In this document: positions 8,796 to 18,782 of the stretch, in pieces
How the letters are laid out: each line of letters begins with the position of its first letter
Position numbering within the stretch: position 1 is the stretch's first letter
IMG/VR virus record: IMGVR_UViG_3300020112_000969
Location: 7,438 to 71,437 of that record
Reading direction: 5' to 3' (one strand)
Origin: a virus
DNA length: 64,000 nt
Position numbers and translations under genes: made by a program
The notes under the pieces: model-generated
Seen by the model: the letters and a program-made list of their open reading frames with translations, nothing else
Databases searched by the model: none
What the model was told of the DNA's origin: nothing

Positions 8796-10415
8796 TTATC
8801 CGATGTTATACTCCACGAATGCACCGCCGTACGGTTCACTCACATCGCCCGCTTCCTGTCTTGCAACAGGAAGCTTGGGAGCCTTTTTCTGTTCCTGAAC
8901 AGAGAAATTCATCGTCTGCTTTCTTCCGCGCAGAGCGTAGCACTTCTCCTCAAGAGCTTCCTTGGAAAGCTCGCAATTTTCCTTCATCGCTTCAAAGGAC
9001 TCATCTCCTTCGAGATCGACAAACTGTGCAAATACTTCCTTGCGTTCCGCATCTGCCTGTTTCTTTTCAGCCTCAAGCTTAAAGGATTTGAGCTCATCCA
9101 TCTTTTTGTTGGTCTCTCTGCACTTATCAACAATAAGATTGAATGCCTGCGCAACAGAGCTTGCGCGAGAGCCCTCATCAAAGTCGACATAGGCGCACTT
9201 TTTGCGCTTCTTGCATTCGTAATTCAAAACGACATAGTCTCCGTCCATAGAATACTGGATCCCATAGATGTTCCAATCGTCGCCCAGATCGTAGCAATAG
9301 ACTTCTTTTGCTTCAGGATCATAGTCGCAGTACCAATAGCGCGGTACTTCAAACGACTCTCCGCATCCGCAGTCGATCACGACCTTCTCTTCGCTCAGCG
9401 CCTTAACAAGCTCGTTTACAAACTGTTCGGCAAGAGCAAACTCAGCGTCAGCGCCGCCGGAGTTTCCTTCACCGTCACCGTCGTTCGTCTGGCTTCCGCC
9501 CTGATCGTTATTTTCCCACTCATGGTCGTCGCCTTCGCCGCCGATGTCTTCCATCTCGCCTTCGCCCTGGCCGCCGCCGCCTTCGCCCTGACCGCCTTCT
9601 GTCTGTCTGTCAAGCTCGTCAGCGTCGTCCACATTGTCTTCTTCTGTCTGATTGACCGTCTTGTTCTCTTCGTCAAGTTCGGCCTTCAGCTCATCTTTCT
9701 TTTCAATTTCCAACGTCGTGTTTCCTCCTTCCGAATAGATTGTTTTTATGCCATCTTCTTTTTCAGAAGCCTGCATACCATTCAGTTCTTCCTTCAGTTC
9801 TTTCATCATGCTGCTCCACTTCTGCTTGAACTCATCCTGCGCAAACGACAGCAGCGCTGCGCTCTCATAGCATGGTTCAGCCGTACCGAGAAGACAGAAG
9901 GCGGTAAATTCAAAATCATCAATGATGTATATCCCGTTCTCGTTGTGCCCTCTTGTTACGCTGATTTCCATGCTCTCATCTGTGATGCCGTTTTCTTTGA
10001 TCTTCTTATACGCTTCCTGTCTTTTCCAGATCAGAGCCTCCGTATAGAGGTACTCATGAACCTGCCCGTCGTCTTCTACGACAGTGTCCCAGTACTGCGT
10101 TGCAGACTCAGGGATCACGCCGACAGGAGTTGTCAGGTTGACAAGACTAAGCTCGCCGTCTCCGTTCTTCACGACATCCATGTCGTGAGCGCCGATCTCG
10201 TCTTCTTCTCTGTCATATCGGCAGACAATAGGGACATTCCGTATCGTTTTCATATTTCTCTCGAATGTCTCTTTGCTGATATAACTTCCGTTTCTGTTTT
10301 TGCCTGTATAACAGACACGCATAATACCTTTGTCAAAAGACTTGTTTGCGCTCACCATTTGTTCAAAACCAGAGGAGAACACGATCCGCATTGTCTTGCT
10401 TTCCAAATGCAACAC
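8796..10415 (-). CDS. head morphogenesis protein (putative prohead protease / scaffold fusion)
   Basis: ORF track; 539 aa. N-terminal globular part, extremely acidic Gly/Glu/Asp low-complexity linker, C-terminal Lys/Glu coiled-coil-like region. Lies between portal and capsid genes. Confidence 0.35.
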   Translation of the reverse strand: MLHLESKTMRIVFSSGFEQMVSANKSFDKGIMRVCYTGKNRNGSYISKETFERNMKTIRNVPIVCRYDREEDEIGAHDMDVVKNGDGELSLVNLTTPVGVIPESATQYWDTVVEDDGQVHEYLYTEALIWKRQEAYKKIKENGITDESMEISVTRGHNENGIYIIDDFEFTAFCLLGTAEPCYESAALLSFAQDEFKQKWSSMMKELKEELNGMQASEKEDGIKTIYSEGGNTTLEIEKKDELKAELDEENKTVNQTEEDNVDDADELDRQTEGGQGEGGGGQGEGEMEDIGGEGDDHEWENNDQGGSQTNDGDGEGNSGGADAEFALAEQFVNELVKALSEEKVVIDCGCGESFEVPRYWYCDYDPEAKEVYCYDLGDDWNIYGIQYSMDGDYVVLNYECKKRKKCAYVDFDEGSRASSVAQAFNLIVDKCRETNKKMDELKSFKLEAEKKQADAERKEVFAQFVDLEGDESFEAMKENCELSKEALEEKCYALRGRKQTMNFSVQEQKKAPKLPVARQEAGDVSEPYGGAFVEYNIG

Positions 10416-10442
10416 CGTCCTCTTCTGTGCGCATTGCGCATT

Positions 10443-10637
10443 TTATAGCGTCAGCATATCCGACTCGATATAGCTGACATCATTTAACGCGAAGCACTCA
10501 GACTCTCCTCTTGCAAACACATAAATACCAGCACCTTCGTCTTGTCCGACAAGGCACATACCGCCGCAGAGAAGCTTCTTCTTTGCTTCCTCGTTAAACA
10601 CATAAATAAAAGGCTTCATTGATTTCCCTTCTTTCAC
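10443..10637 (-). CDS. hypothetical small protein
   Basis: ORF track; 64 aa. Confidence 0.25.
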   Translation of the reverse strand: MKEGKSMKPFIYVFNEEAKKKLLCGGMCLVGQDEGAGIYVFARGESECFALNDVSYIESDMLTL

Positions 10638-12145
10638 GAAAGCTCTCTTGTCGCTTCCCCTGCTTCTGTCAGCTCGTCATCGCTTTTTGTCGGCGCTCCG
10701 GCGTCTCCGCTGGACGCAGCAGACTGCGTCGATGAACTCTTGAGCGGCATAAACTTCTCCTTAATCCCGAGCACATCGTCCTCAAGGAAGTTCATGCTAT
10801 CCAACTCCGCCTGCCCGAGTCCGACCGTTGCCGCGTACATAGATACCGTCGGCAAACCAAACTGCGCAGCCTTAATATAAAGGTCTGCCATTTCCTTGCG
10901 GTTATAGGCAGACACATCCAAAAATGTCACCTTGAAGTTTTTGCCGTATGTCGTGCTTCGAATGTATCTGTTCACGACGTCCTCAATGCTCTTCACAATT
11001 CCGAATGTCAGCGCCTGATCCGCCTTGATGGAAAGAAGCAGCGCGTTTGCGCTCGCCTTCGTGTTGTTAAACAAAAGCGAAGATACGCCGGCGGCAGAGA
11101 ATAAATTCTGCTCTGCCTCTGAGATCGTGTCAGTATCTCCTGTGTGAGATCTCTCAAAGCTGATCTTATCGATGCTCATCGGAGAAAGAACAGATCCGAT
11201 CTCTTCCGGAAGAACAGAGTCGAGATTTTGCCAGAACTCTTTTGCCTTTCCGAGATCCATCGCCCACGATCCGTCCTGAGCCATGGCAAGCTTCATTACA
11301 AGGATGGCGTAGTTTTCAAGCTCTGTCTTTGTGAGTTTCAGCGACCGGTAGTCCTCAATGTCGTACACCTCGCGAAGCAGACCTGCAAACGGAGGCATTG
11401 CGTAATCCAAAATATCGTTGTTGCACTTCACAGCGAACGATGTCGGGCAATCAAGCCCCTGATACTTCATAGTCGTGCGGTTCTTCTTGTAAAGCTCGTA
11501 CTTTACAGAGAACTCCTTCGGATAAAGCGGGAGGTACTCCTGATTGGCGTCGAAGTAGGAAAAGTCAAACGTCACATTTGCGACATTCCCCTCGATGCTC
11601 GATATCTCGCAGTGATCGAATGGGAGCTGCTGAATTGTGATGTTCTCTTCAGATACCCACATCGTCCCGTAAAAGGTATCTTCTCTCAGACATACTGTCA
11701 GAATTTTCGGGAACTGTGTCTTAATGCTCATTGCATTCATCGCATCAAGCACTTTCCTGTAATCATTTCCAACAATGTTCTTGCTCTTCTTTTTCGGTGC
11801 AACACCGCTCGGCGAAACGATGTAGCTCAGATCGGAAAGCGATGTAAAATACTGAATCAGTCTGCGGAAGTGCGAGCTCGCGCCATAAATATAAACAACC
11901 GCCTTGCGAAGTTCCTTGCGGTACTTGTATGGGTTCTCAAGGTATTTTGCGATATCGTCCTTCGTATACTTTGAAAATGTCGGGGACGATTGTTTCCCGT
12001 TCAGGTCTCGCAAAATGACCTTGCTCAAAACAGAAAAGTTTTTCGGGATATTGATTGCGCCGAGAAACTCGTCGCTGCTATGCGCAGTGACTGGTTTTGC
12101 TTGAGTGCCAAGCTCAGCATTTTTTCTTCCCATGAAGACCATCAC
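10634..12145 (-). CDS. portal protein candidate
   Basis: ORF track; 503 aa, immediately downstream of the large terminase. Confidence 0.55.
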   Translation of the reverse strand: MMVFMGRKNAELGTQAKPVTAHSSDEFLGAINIPKNFSVLSKVILRDLNGKQSSPTFSKYTKDDIAKYLENPYKYRKELRKAVVYIYGASSHFRRLIQYFTSLSDLSYIVSPSGVAPKKKSKNIVGNDYRKVLDAMNAMSIKTQFPKILTVCLREDTFYGTMWVSEENITIQQLPFDHCEISSIEGNVANVTFDFSYFDANQEYLPLYPKEFSVKYELYKKNRTTMKYQGLDCPTSFAVKCNNDILDYAMPPFAGLLREVYDIEDYRSLKLTKTELENYAILVMKLAMAQDGSWAMDLGKAKEFWQNLDSVLPEEIGSVLSPMSIDKISFERSHTGDTDTISEAEQNLFSAAGVSSLLFNNTKASANALLLSIKADQALTFGIVKSIEDVVNRYIRSTTYGKNFKVTFLDVSAYNRKEMADLYIKAAQFGLPTVSMYAATVGLGQAELDSMNFLEDDVLGIKEKFMPLKSSSTQSAASSGDAGAPTKSDDELTEAGEATRELS

Positions 12146-12154
12146 CTCCTATCT

Positions 12155-13918
12155 TTAATGATAAATTTTCGGAGCGCGGAAATGAAACTCGCGCTCTGCC
12201 TGCGCATTCAGCATACTTGACTGCCTCCTGCTCATTTTGTTTTCAATCTGTGTTGCCACATAGTAGTTGTAGGACAGCGAAGAATATCTATCCTTTCTCG
12301 CGCCGGCCTTCTCAAATACGCGAACCTTTCCGTTGTTCTCCTCATGCTCCAGCTTGATCAATTCGTCAATCAGAAGCGTTGTATGAACGTACGGTAGTTG
12401 TATGCGCATCTGCTCATCCGGAGTTAATGCGCTATAGCCCTTCAGATCGCTGAGCACCTCTTCTCCGTCATACTCGGAAACCAGAAGGCGGATACGACCG
12501 CTCTTAAACCCATCGCGTAATAAGAAAGCACAGTCCGAGTTGAACTGTGCGTTTGCCTTAACAGACCAAATTACCTTTGGTGCATCAATGCTCGAGCAGC
12601 GCTCAGCCATCGACTTATCGTTGATGCAGGAAAGTGCAGGATATACCTCTCCTATTTCCTGATCTACAATGTCCTTTGCAAGACAGTCATAAACTCCAAG
12701 ACCAATTCCGTTGGTATCAAGTACGATGTAATCGCAGTCGTACTCGTCAAAGAGTTTACGAATGACAAGCGACTGTTCTTCCGTGCGCAGCCCCTCGTTG
12801 GATGCGCCGTAAACGATATTACTCATATATCGTCCTGCCTTGGTCGGTGACATCTGGTTGATGAAAATTGCCGTTGCGTCGTTCTTATTTTTCTTGCTCG
12901 ACATCAACGCAATATCAGCAGACAGTATGCGTATCTCTCCGTTCTGCTTTGGCGGTATCTGCATCTCCTTGCATGATAACCTTGACGATAAATCGCTTGG
13001 CAGCATCGGGTATTTGATCTTTCTGTTTTTTGCAACTGCATCAAATTCAAAGAACGATCCGTCCGAAGCGCCGTACCAAAGCGCCTCGTATTCCATACAG
13101 AACTTTAGCTCATTAAAGTCAGTTTCAGACATTTCGTCACGAATGGTATCTTCGTCCAAAAGTCCTTCGCTGAGTGATAGCTGATACGGGAGACCGCACA
13201 CGAACTGCTTCCCTCCGTCCGCCATCATCATCCTGAAAGCGTCCTTACACTTCAAAAAGCTCCAGTGGTCTGTAAAATACGCAGAGCTTAAAAACATCGT
13301 CAAGTTCTTTTCCTTTGCGTATTCTTCTTTTCTCTCTGCCTTGCTCAGCTCGCTGTAGCGCGGCATTCTTCTCTGTGTAAGAAACTTCTTAAAGATAACG
13401 TCAATAACATCCTTCGGGATCAGTCGGAACTCATCCAAGAGAAGGACGTTCGCTCGGTTACCGCGCGCAGAGTCTCCTGATGTACATACCTTTATATAGC
13501 TTCCGTTATGGAACACGACCTGCGCGTTTGTGTTATTCAGCTTCGTTTGCTTGTCGTCTATTTCTGCTGCAAGCTCAGGAGATATCAGCCGAAGCTCAAG
13601 CACGATCTTTTCAAGCACCTGCATCGCCTGCCCTCGCGTGCCTGACGCGATTACAATCTTTGTGCCAGGGTATAAAATACATCGAACGCAGCAAAATACT
13701 GCGCTCAGAAATGTTTTTCCGATTCCTCGCGCACCGATGAAAACGACCGTTGTTGAAATCGTCATCATCGTAATGACAATGCGCTGGAATAGTCTCAGAT
13801 CAAGATGCAGGTAATCCTTGCAGAACCTTGCCGGGTTTGCCCTGTAGTACGCAGCCCACAGCGCAGCACCATTCCGTATCTTTTCAGCTCTCGTCATTTT
13901 CGTCTCCTCCGTAATCAT
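12155..13918 (-). CDS. terL: terminase large subunit
   Basis: Walker A VVFIGARGIGKTF near the N-terminus; size about 590 aa. Start placed at ATG 13918, preceded by RBS GAGGTG. Confidence 0.75.
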   Translation of the reverse strand: MITEETKMTRAEKIRNGAALWAAYYRANPARFCKDYLHLDLRLFQRIVITMMTISTTVVFIGARGIGKTFLSAVFCCVRCILYPGTKIVIASGTRGQAMQVLEKIVLELRLISPELAAEIDDKQTKLNNTNAQVVFHNGSYIKVCTSGDSARGNRANVLLLDEFRLIPKDVIDVIFKKFLTQRRMPRYSELSKAERKEEYAKEKNLTMFLSSAYFTDHWSFLKCKDAFRMMMADGGKQFVCGLPYQLSLSEGLLDEDTIRDEMSETDFNELKFCMEYEALWYGASDGSFFEFDAVAKNRKIKYPMLPSDLSSRLSCKEMQIPPKQNGEIRILSADIALMSSKKNKNDATAIFINQMSPTKAGRYMSNIVYGASNEGLRTEEQSLVIRKLFDEYDCDYIVLDTNGIGLGVYDCLAKDIVDQEIGEVYPALSCINDKSMAERCSSIDAPKVIWSVKANAQFNSDCAFLLRDGFKSGRIRLLVSEYDGEEVLSDLKGYSALTPDEQMRIQLPYVHTTLLIDELIKLEHEENNGKVRVFEKAGARKDRYSSLSYNYYVATQIENKMSRRQSSMLNAQAEREFHFRAPKIYH

Positions 13919-14942
13919 TGGAGAACACCTCGTTGAACAGAGCCTCGTCTTCTTCATCACCAAACTCCGGCTTTTCTACGCGGAGTCTTTCTATTTCTTT
14001 TTCGTACATCTTGCTGTAAGCCGTCTTGAGACCGAGCATTTTTGCTAAATGACCTTTGAACCATATCTCGATATACTTAACGATTCCGTCCACATCTTTC
14101 AGCTCCGGATCAATTTCCGGCAGCGGCCTCTCATTTTCCCACCTGCGTATCCATACTCCCAAAGGAGTAGTCTCAACACCATCTGCAAGCTCTTCCTTTT
14201 TCTGCGCCGGCTTCAGCGCAGCGCTTCCCAAAAGTGCGTTGAGTGCATTGACACTCTTATCCACGCTCTTTCCGGCCATTCTGTCTCGGTTGATATCAAG
14301 CTCAAGCGAGCAGATCTGTCTGAGAAGTGCCTTTGTTCCGATGTCAAGATCGTCCACGCTCTTCCCGTGCTTGCTGCTCTCTAACCAGTAGGAAAGTCTC
14401 TGCTCTAACTGCTGATACATGGACGGCGTATATCCGGCGCCCCAGAACGCAATGACATCTTCTCCGATTTCAGGAATATCCTCTTCCTGTATAGGCTGCT
14501 CTTGCACCGCCTGCTCTTCTTCCTTTTGCGGCTCCTCGTAAACAACAGCGCCGCCGGAGATATCTGCAAACTGCCAGAACGTCTTTCTTTCTCTAAGTGT
14601 GTCGTCATAACATTTACCGGCGTACTTCAGCGCATTGACCTTCATCATATATGCGGTCATCATCGTTCGCGTTGCGTTCTGCTTTTCAGCAACCTCAAAC
14701 AGCTTTTCATTCCAATACAGATCGAGCTTTCTGCACATCTGCATCACGGCAAGTCTTGCGCTCTTACTCTCGTCGAAGTACTCGTTATACATCGTGTCAA
14801 TGCATTCTCTGCAATACGGAATAAATCCTGTCCCCTTGTATAGGACAGCGTAGCTGATCGGGAAATACCCCTTCAGCCTCGTATATGCAGTTCCGCACCG
14901 TCTGCATACTGCGTGCATTGAGTTAACGTCAAATGTACTCAT
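13884..14942 (-). CDS. terminase small subunit candidate
   Basis: ORF track; 352 aa. Directly upstream of and overlapping terL; N-terminal CxxC...CxxC zinc ribbon; acidic C-terminus. Confidence 0.4.
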   Translation of the reverse strand: MSTFDVNSMHAVCRRCGTAYTRLKGYFPISYAVLYKGTGFIPYCRECIDTMYNEYFDESKSARLAVMQMCRKLDLYWNEKLFEVAEKQNATRTMMTAYMMKVNALKYAGKCYDDTLRERKTFWQFADISGGAVVYEEPQKEEEQAVQEQPIQEEDIPEIGEDVIAFWGAGYTPSMYQQLEQRLSYWLESSKHGKSVDDLDIGTKALLRQICSLELDINRDRMAGKSVDKSVNALNALLGSAALKPAQKKEELADGVETTPLGVWIRRWENERPLPEIDPELKDVDGIVKYIEIWFKGHLAKMLGLKTAYSKMYEKEIERLRVEKPEFGDEEDEALFNEVFSNDYGGDENDES

Positions 14943-15433
14943 TCTTCGTCAGCCTCCTCGTCTACCTCCATGTCATAACGAGGCTCAGGAGGGCGTATTT
15001 TGTATTCGGAAAGAGACTGTTCATAAAACTTAACCGCTCTTTTGATCCTTGAACCAAACCAAAACTTCGGGATCAGTCTCTCGTTGATATCAACAACGTC
15101 TCCTGTTTCCGGAAGCTTTGCCCATCTCTTCTTATAAACCATGTGTCCTATCGTGCCAAAGCCTCCGAAGGATACCTTTTCTCCTTTTCTCAGAGCTTTT
15201 TCTGCGGCGATCAAGAGTGCATCCAAAACGACCTCAACGTCCTTCCTTGTATAAATGACGTCCTTTTCGATCCTATCTGCTTTATAGTTATGGCTGACAC
15301 CATTCTCGTTAGAGATCGTGAACACCTCGCTTGGCACGTTAATATTTTTGCGCACATTTGCGCTGCGCAAAACCTCTGCCGCGCTTGCGGCCAAATCTCT
15401 CCTATCCATTCCTCTCATCCTCTTGTCCTGCAT
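14939..15433 (-). CDS. HU/IHF-family DNA-binding protein with acidic C-terminal extension
   Basis: GFGTIGHMVYKKRWAKLPETGDVVDINERLIPKF matches the HU arm pattern (GFGxF...R.GRNP.TGE...I.....P.F). Confidence 0.6.
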   Translation of the reverse strand: MQDKRMRGMDRRDLAASAAEVLRSANVRKNINVPSEVFTISNENGVSHNYKADRIEKDVIYTRKDVEVVLDALLIAAEKALRKGEKVSFGGFGTIGHMVYKKRWAKLPETGDVVDINERLIPKFWFGSRIKRAVKFYEQSLSEYKIRPPEPRYDMEVDEEADEE

Positions 15434-16410
15434 TAGTAGCAGAACTTATCCTTTGTCTCTCTCAGCTTTGACGGATCGAACTTGATGTAAAATTTCGATG
15501 TGACATCCGTGCTCTTGTGGTTTAACAATCTGGAAATATCCTCCAGCTCCATTCCGAGATTCTTCAAAATTGTCGCGCCGCTGTGTCTGAAATCATGCGG
15601 GTGAAGCGTCGGCACATCAATCATCGCACCGATGTCATTGCACCACTTATTCAGCGTCCCCTTTGTGATGCACTTTCCCTTCTCTCCCGCGAACACATAT
15701 CCTCCGTCGTCTATCCCGTTTTCCTCGCGATAGCGTTTTAGATCAGTCAAAGCGTCTTTTGTTTCATCGTTGAAAAACAGATCTACAAGATAGCCCTCTT
15801 TTTCAAGAACCTCTGTCACGATCTTTTCTTCAAAATCGATCTGCTCCCAACGTACGCTGCTCACCGCATTAACTCTCGCCATCGTGGAAAGAGAAAACAG
15901 TGCGTAGGTTCTCATTTGCAATGCCCTGTGCTTCTTTCCCGGCGTAGCTGCATTTCCCACCTGGTCTGAAAGAGTGCGGCGCATCTGAGCAACTTGTTCA
16001 AGACTCAGGTATGTCTGTGTCACAACATCTGTGTCCTTTTTGGGACGATCAATAAATTCCATCGGGTTGCTCTCAATCAGCTTCTTCTTTCTCAGAAACT
16101 TATAGAATGCAGCAATCGAGCTCATACGTCGCTTCATTCTTCGAGAGTTGTTCCCCTCTGACTTGCAATAATACAAAAACTCGGTGATTTCATCCTCACC
16201 GAGTTCAGTAACAGGGCGGTTGCCCTGATTGTCATAGATGAACAACCACCATTGCTGAAGGTCGTTCAGATATCCGTCAATCGTTCCTGCGCTCAATTCG
16301 CGCAGCGTCATATCGATCTTGTATTTGTTCCAAAGGCGCAGTGTCTCCGGATTGATTTTTTCCAGCTTCTGCGCATCGTAGAACCGAAGCGATTTGCTTT
16401 TTTCAGCCAT
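15433..16410 (-). CDS. tyrosine recombinase (Xer-like)
   Basis: C-terminal HPHDFRHSGATIL...LLNHKSTDVTSKFY gives the R/HxxR/Y catalytic motifs. Start at ATG 16410 (MAEKSK) with RBS AGGGGG. Confidence 0.7.
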   Translation of the reverse strand: MAEKSKSLRFYDAQKLEKINPETLRLWNKYKIDMTLRELSAGTIDGYLNDLQQWWLFIYDNQGNRPVTELGEDEITEFLYYCKSEGNNSRRMKRRMSSIAAFYKFLRKKKLIESNPMEFIDRPKKDTDVVTQTYLSLEQVAQMRRTLSDQVGNAATPGKKHRALQMRTYALFSLSTMARVNAVSSVRWEQIDFEEKIVTEVLEKEGYLVDLFFNDETKDALTDLKRYREENGIDDGGYVFAGEKGKCITKGTLNKWCNDIGAMIDVPTLHPHDFRHSGATILKNLGMELEDISRLLNHKSTDVTSKFYIKFDPSKLRETKDKFCY

Positions 16411-16430
16411 CGCACACTGCCCCCTTCTTC

Positions 16431-17732
16431 TTATTCTGACAGCGGAATATCGTAGTGGCAAATAATTCCTTTATCGTCACACACACAGACGATCTGTTCC
16501 TGCCGTCCTACAATTCTCTTGCTGACGCAGTAGTCATCCATACCAATAAAGCTTCCGCTCATCACGGCCTTTACGCCCTGTACGCTGTCCACCTTATTGT
16601 GGTGCAGGTGACCGGACAGTACGGCGTATACCTTTTTACCTACCATCGTCTGCAGCGTCTGCACCTTCGATGCGGAATCGTCGTAATCGCCATGTACGCC
16701 TGCATAAGTCTTTCCGCGCACGTCGATCGTATAGATCGTATCGTCAATTCTTTCTCCGGCGCCGATCACAACATTTTCAAATCCCTGCAATCTTGCTTTC
16801 AGATACCACTCGACCAGATCGTCAAGACGCTCTCTCGTTGTCACCATAGACTTGTCAGGGTTGAGTCTGCTGTGGTTCCCTGAAACGCTGACGTATTTCA
16901 CTACATTGAAATGCCTGCTGAGCTGCGCCAAGAACTCCGCAATCAGCTCAGACACGCCTTTGATCTGGTCGATAACAGCTTCCTTGTTTGTCACGGCAAT
17001 GCTGTAGTGTATGTTACCATGTATGCTGTCTCCGTTTTGGTAGACGATGCACTCATCGCTTCCATGCAGCTCTGCAATTTTAATCACGCGTCTCAGATAT
17101 CTGCTCATCATTTCTGCGCATATATCAGAGTTATATTTGTTCCAGTAGTTATCGACATTTGCACCGTAATGAATATCATTGAGCGAAACAAGTACGCTGC
17201 TTTCTCCGTTTGGTATATCCGTCTCTTCATATTCAAGGCGAGGAAGAGTACCGTATTTTACGGCGTTCTCCAAAATCTCGTTGAGTTCTTCTTCTCTTGC
17301 ACGATCTCGTATCACCTTGTTGTATGCGTTACGCTCATCGAAAAACTTCTGTCTCTCCTTCTGAAGCTCGATCTTCTTCTGCTCAAGCGCCGTAATCATA
17401 TCAACAATCTCAGGGTCGGCGCTTCCTGTATATCCGACAGCGGCGATTTCTCTTTCAGAGTCAAGAAGCTCTATCGTCTTGCATGATCCGTACATCATTC
17501 GTCTTGCGACATCTGTGCTGTATTCTTTTCCATAAACAAGAGGAGCAAGCTCGGCGTAATCATATTCTGCAAGTGTCTTGTCAACGAGCTTCCCCTCAAC
17601 AAGCCTTTTGTGATATTCGTAATCAGACTCGGACGGTTCGCGAATTAACGGGCTGCACTTCTTCCAGTTACACTCTTTCGTTTCGCCCATTCTTTTCACC
17701 GTCAATATACTTTCCGCTGCGCATCGCCGCAA
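16431..17732 (-). CDS. metallophosphoesterase (calcineurin-like) with N-terminal extension
   Basis: Motifs VSLNDIHYG, GDSIHGN, GNHS, GHLHH in the canonical order of metallophosphatases. Confidence 0.55.
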   Translation of the reverse strand: MRRCAAESILTVKRMGETKECNWKKCSPLIREPSESDYEYHKRLVEGKLVDKTLAEYDYAELAPLVYGKEYSTDVARRMMYGSCKTIELLDSEREIAAVGYTGSADPEIVDMITALEQKKIELQKERQKFFDERNAYNKVIRDRAREEELNEILENAVKYGTLPRLEYEETDIPNGESSVLVSLNDIHYGANVDNYWNKYNSDICAEMMSRYLRRVIKIAELHGSDECIVYQNGDSIHGNIHYSIAVTNKEAVIDQIKGVSELIAEFLAQLSRHFNVVKYVSVSGNHSRLNPDKSMVTTRERLDDLVEWYLKARLQGFENVVIGAGERIDDTIYTIDVRGKTYAGVHGDYDDSASKVQTLQTMVGKKVYAVLSGHLHHNKVDSVQGVKAVMSGSFIGMDDYCVSKRIVGRQEQIVCVCDDKGIICHYDIPLSE

Positions 17733-18002
17733 TAACTGCCATCGCTCTGCGCGCTTCCTCCATGTAGTATTTACCTCTTCCGGAGTTACCCTTCATCGTG
17801 CGAACGATATTTACATCAGGGTATTTCTTGCTGATAACATCCTTCTCGCGTCTTGTAATGCAAATCAAAAACAATCATCCTTTTCATCATTATTTGAGAA
17901 AAAGCAAAAATGCTATTCCCCCTTCATTATTAACAATACCTCAAGGCGGCTGCGAGGCGTTGCAGCCCAACGCCTCGTGCCAACTTTGATCTTGTATTTT
18001 GC

Positions 18003-18782
18003 TCAGAAAACGCAAACCATTTTCTGCACACGTTTTCTCTCAACGATGTTAACGTGCTGCTGCATCCACACTGTTCCGGCGCAATCCTTGCAGTATTTCA
18101 CATGGTTATCGCTCGAAGGGTGCTCCTTCTTCACGGTAATTCCGCAGTGCTTGCACACATAGTACGGTTCTCCGAGATACATCATGTACTGGTATCCGAG
18201 GTTGCGGAAGTCCGTCACGCGCACGGCGACATCCCCTCCGTCCTCCGCAAAGTCAACGCGGACATTGGTGTTGTCGATCTGCTTTGAGAAGGTAATCAGT
18301 CCGGCGTCTCGAAGCTGACTGTACATGGCGCACTGTCTCCGTATTGATGTCTTGATGTTTGCCATCCTCGCGATTTCTCCGTCCGGAATACTCACCCAGA
18401 AATTGGAGTCCTTATTCACTGCGTTTTGGAACTTGGCAAGGCACAGCAGGGTGAAGGCGAGTCTTCTCGCCTGCCTCCCTCCGACCTTCTCTATCGACTT
18501 CATTTCGCCGTCATAAACGTCAACGCCGTCCAGCATAACAAGCGGACAGTTCTTCCCTCTTTTCACTGCACGCTCCACGATAATGTCGATGCCGCCCTCC
18601 GTCCCGTTATAATCCGAAGAACGAAGGAACTCTTCAATGCACCGTGCGACCTCACGCTTTGTCTTTCCTTTTTGGTAGTAATACTTTGCAAGAAGAGTTG
18701 CCGTTTCCGTCGGGCTTCTTCCTACGGTCTTCTCGCGCAGCGTATCCTCCACCCATTCCTTTTCATTCAAAATCACATTCAT
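18003..18782 (-). CDS. hypothetical DNA-binding protein (wHTH-like segment, C-terminal CxxC..CxxC)
   Basis: ORF track; 259 aa; IARMANIKTSIRRQCAMYSQLRDAGLI helix-turn-helix-like segment; CKHCG/CKDC zinc ribbon. Confidence 0.3.
   Translation of the reverse strand: MNVILNEKEWVEDTLREKTVGRSPTETATLLAKYYYQKGKTKREVARCIEEFLRSSDYNGTEGGIDIIVERAVKRGKNCPLVMLDGVDVYDGEMKSIEKVGGRQARRLAFTLLCLAKFQNAVNKDSNFWVSIPDGEIARMANIKTSIRRQCAMYSQLRDAGLITFSKQIDNTNVRVDFAEDGGDVAVRVTDFRNLGYQYMMYLGEPYYVCKHCGITVKKEHPSSDNHVKYCKDCAGTVWMQQHVNIVERKRVQKMVCVF

Noticed and set aside
17668-17874. 68-aa ORF 17668..17874 (-), considered as a separate small gene
   Set aside because: It overlaps the N-terminal extension of the phosphoesterase ORF, whose real start is probably an internal Met. 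Coding status is ambiguous and it has no RBS, so it was left unannotated.
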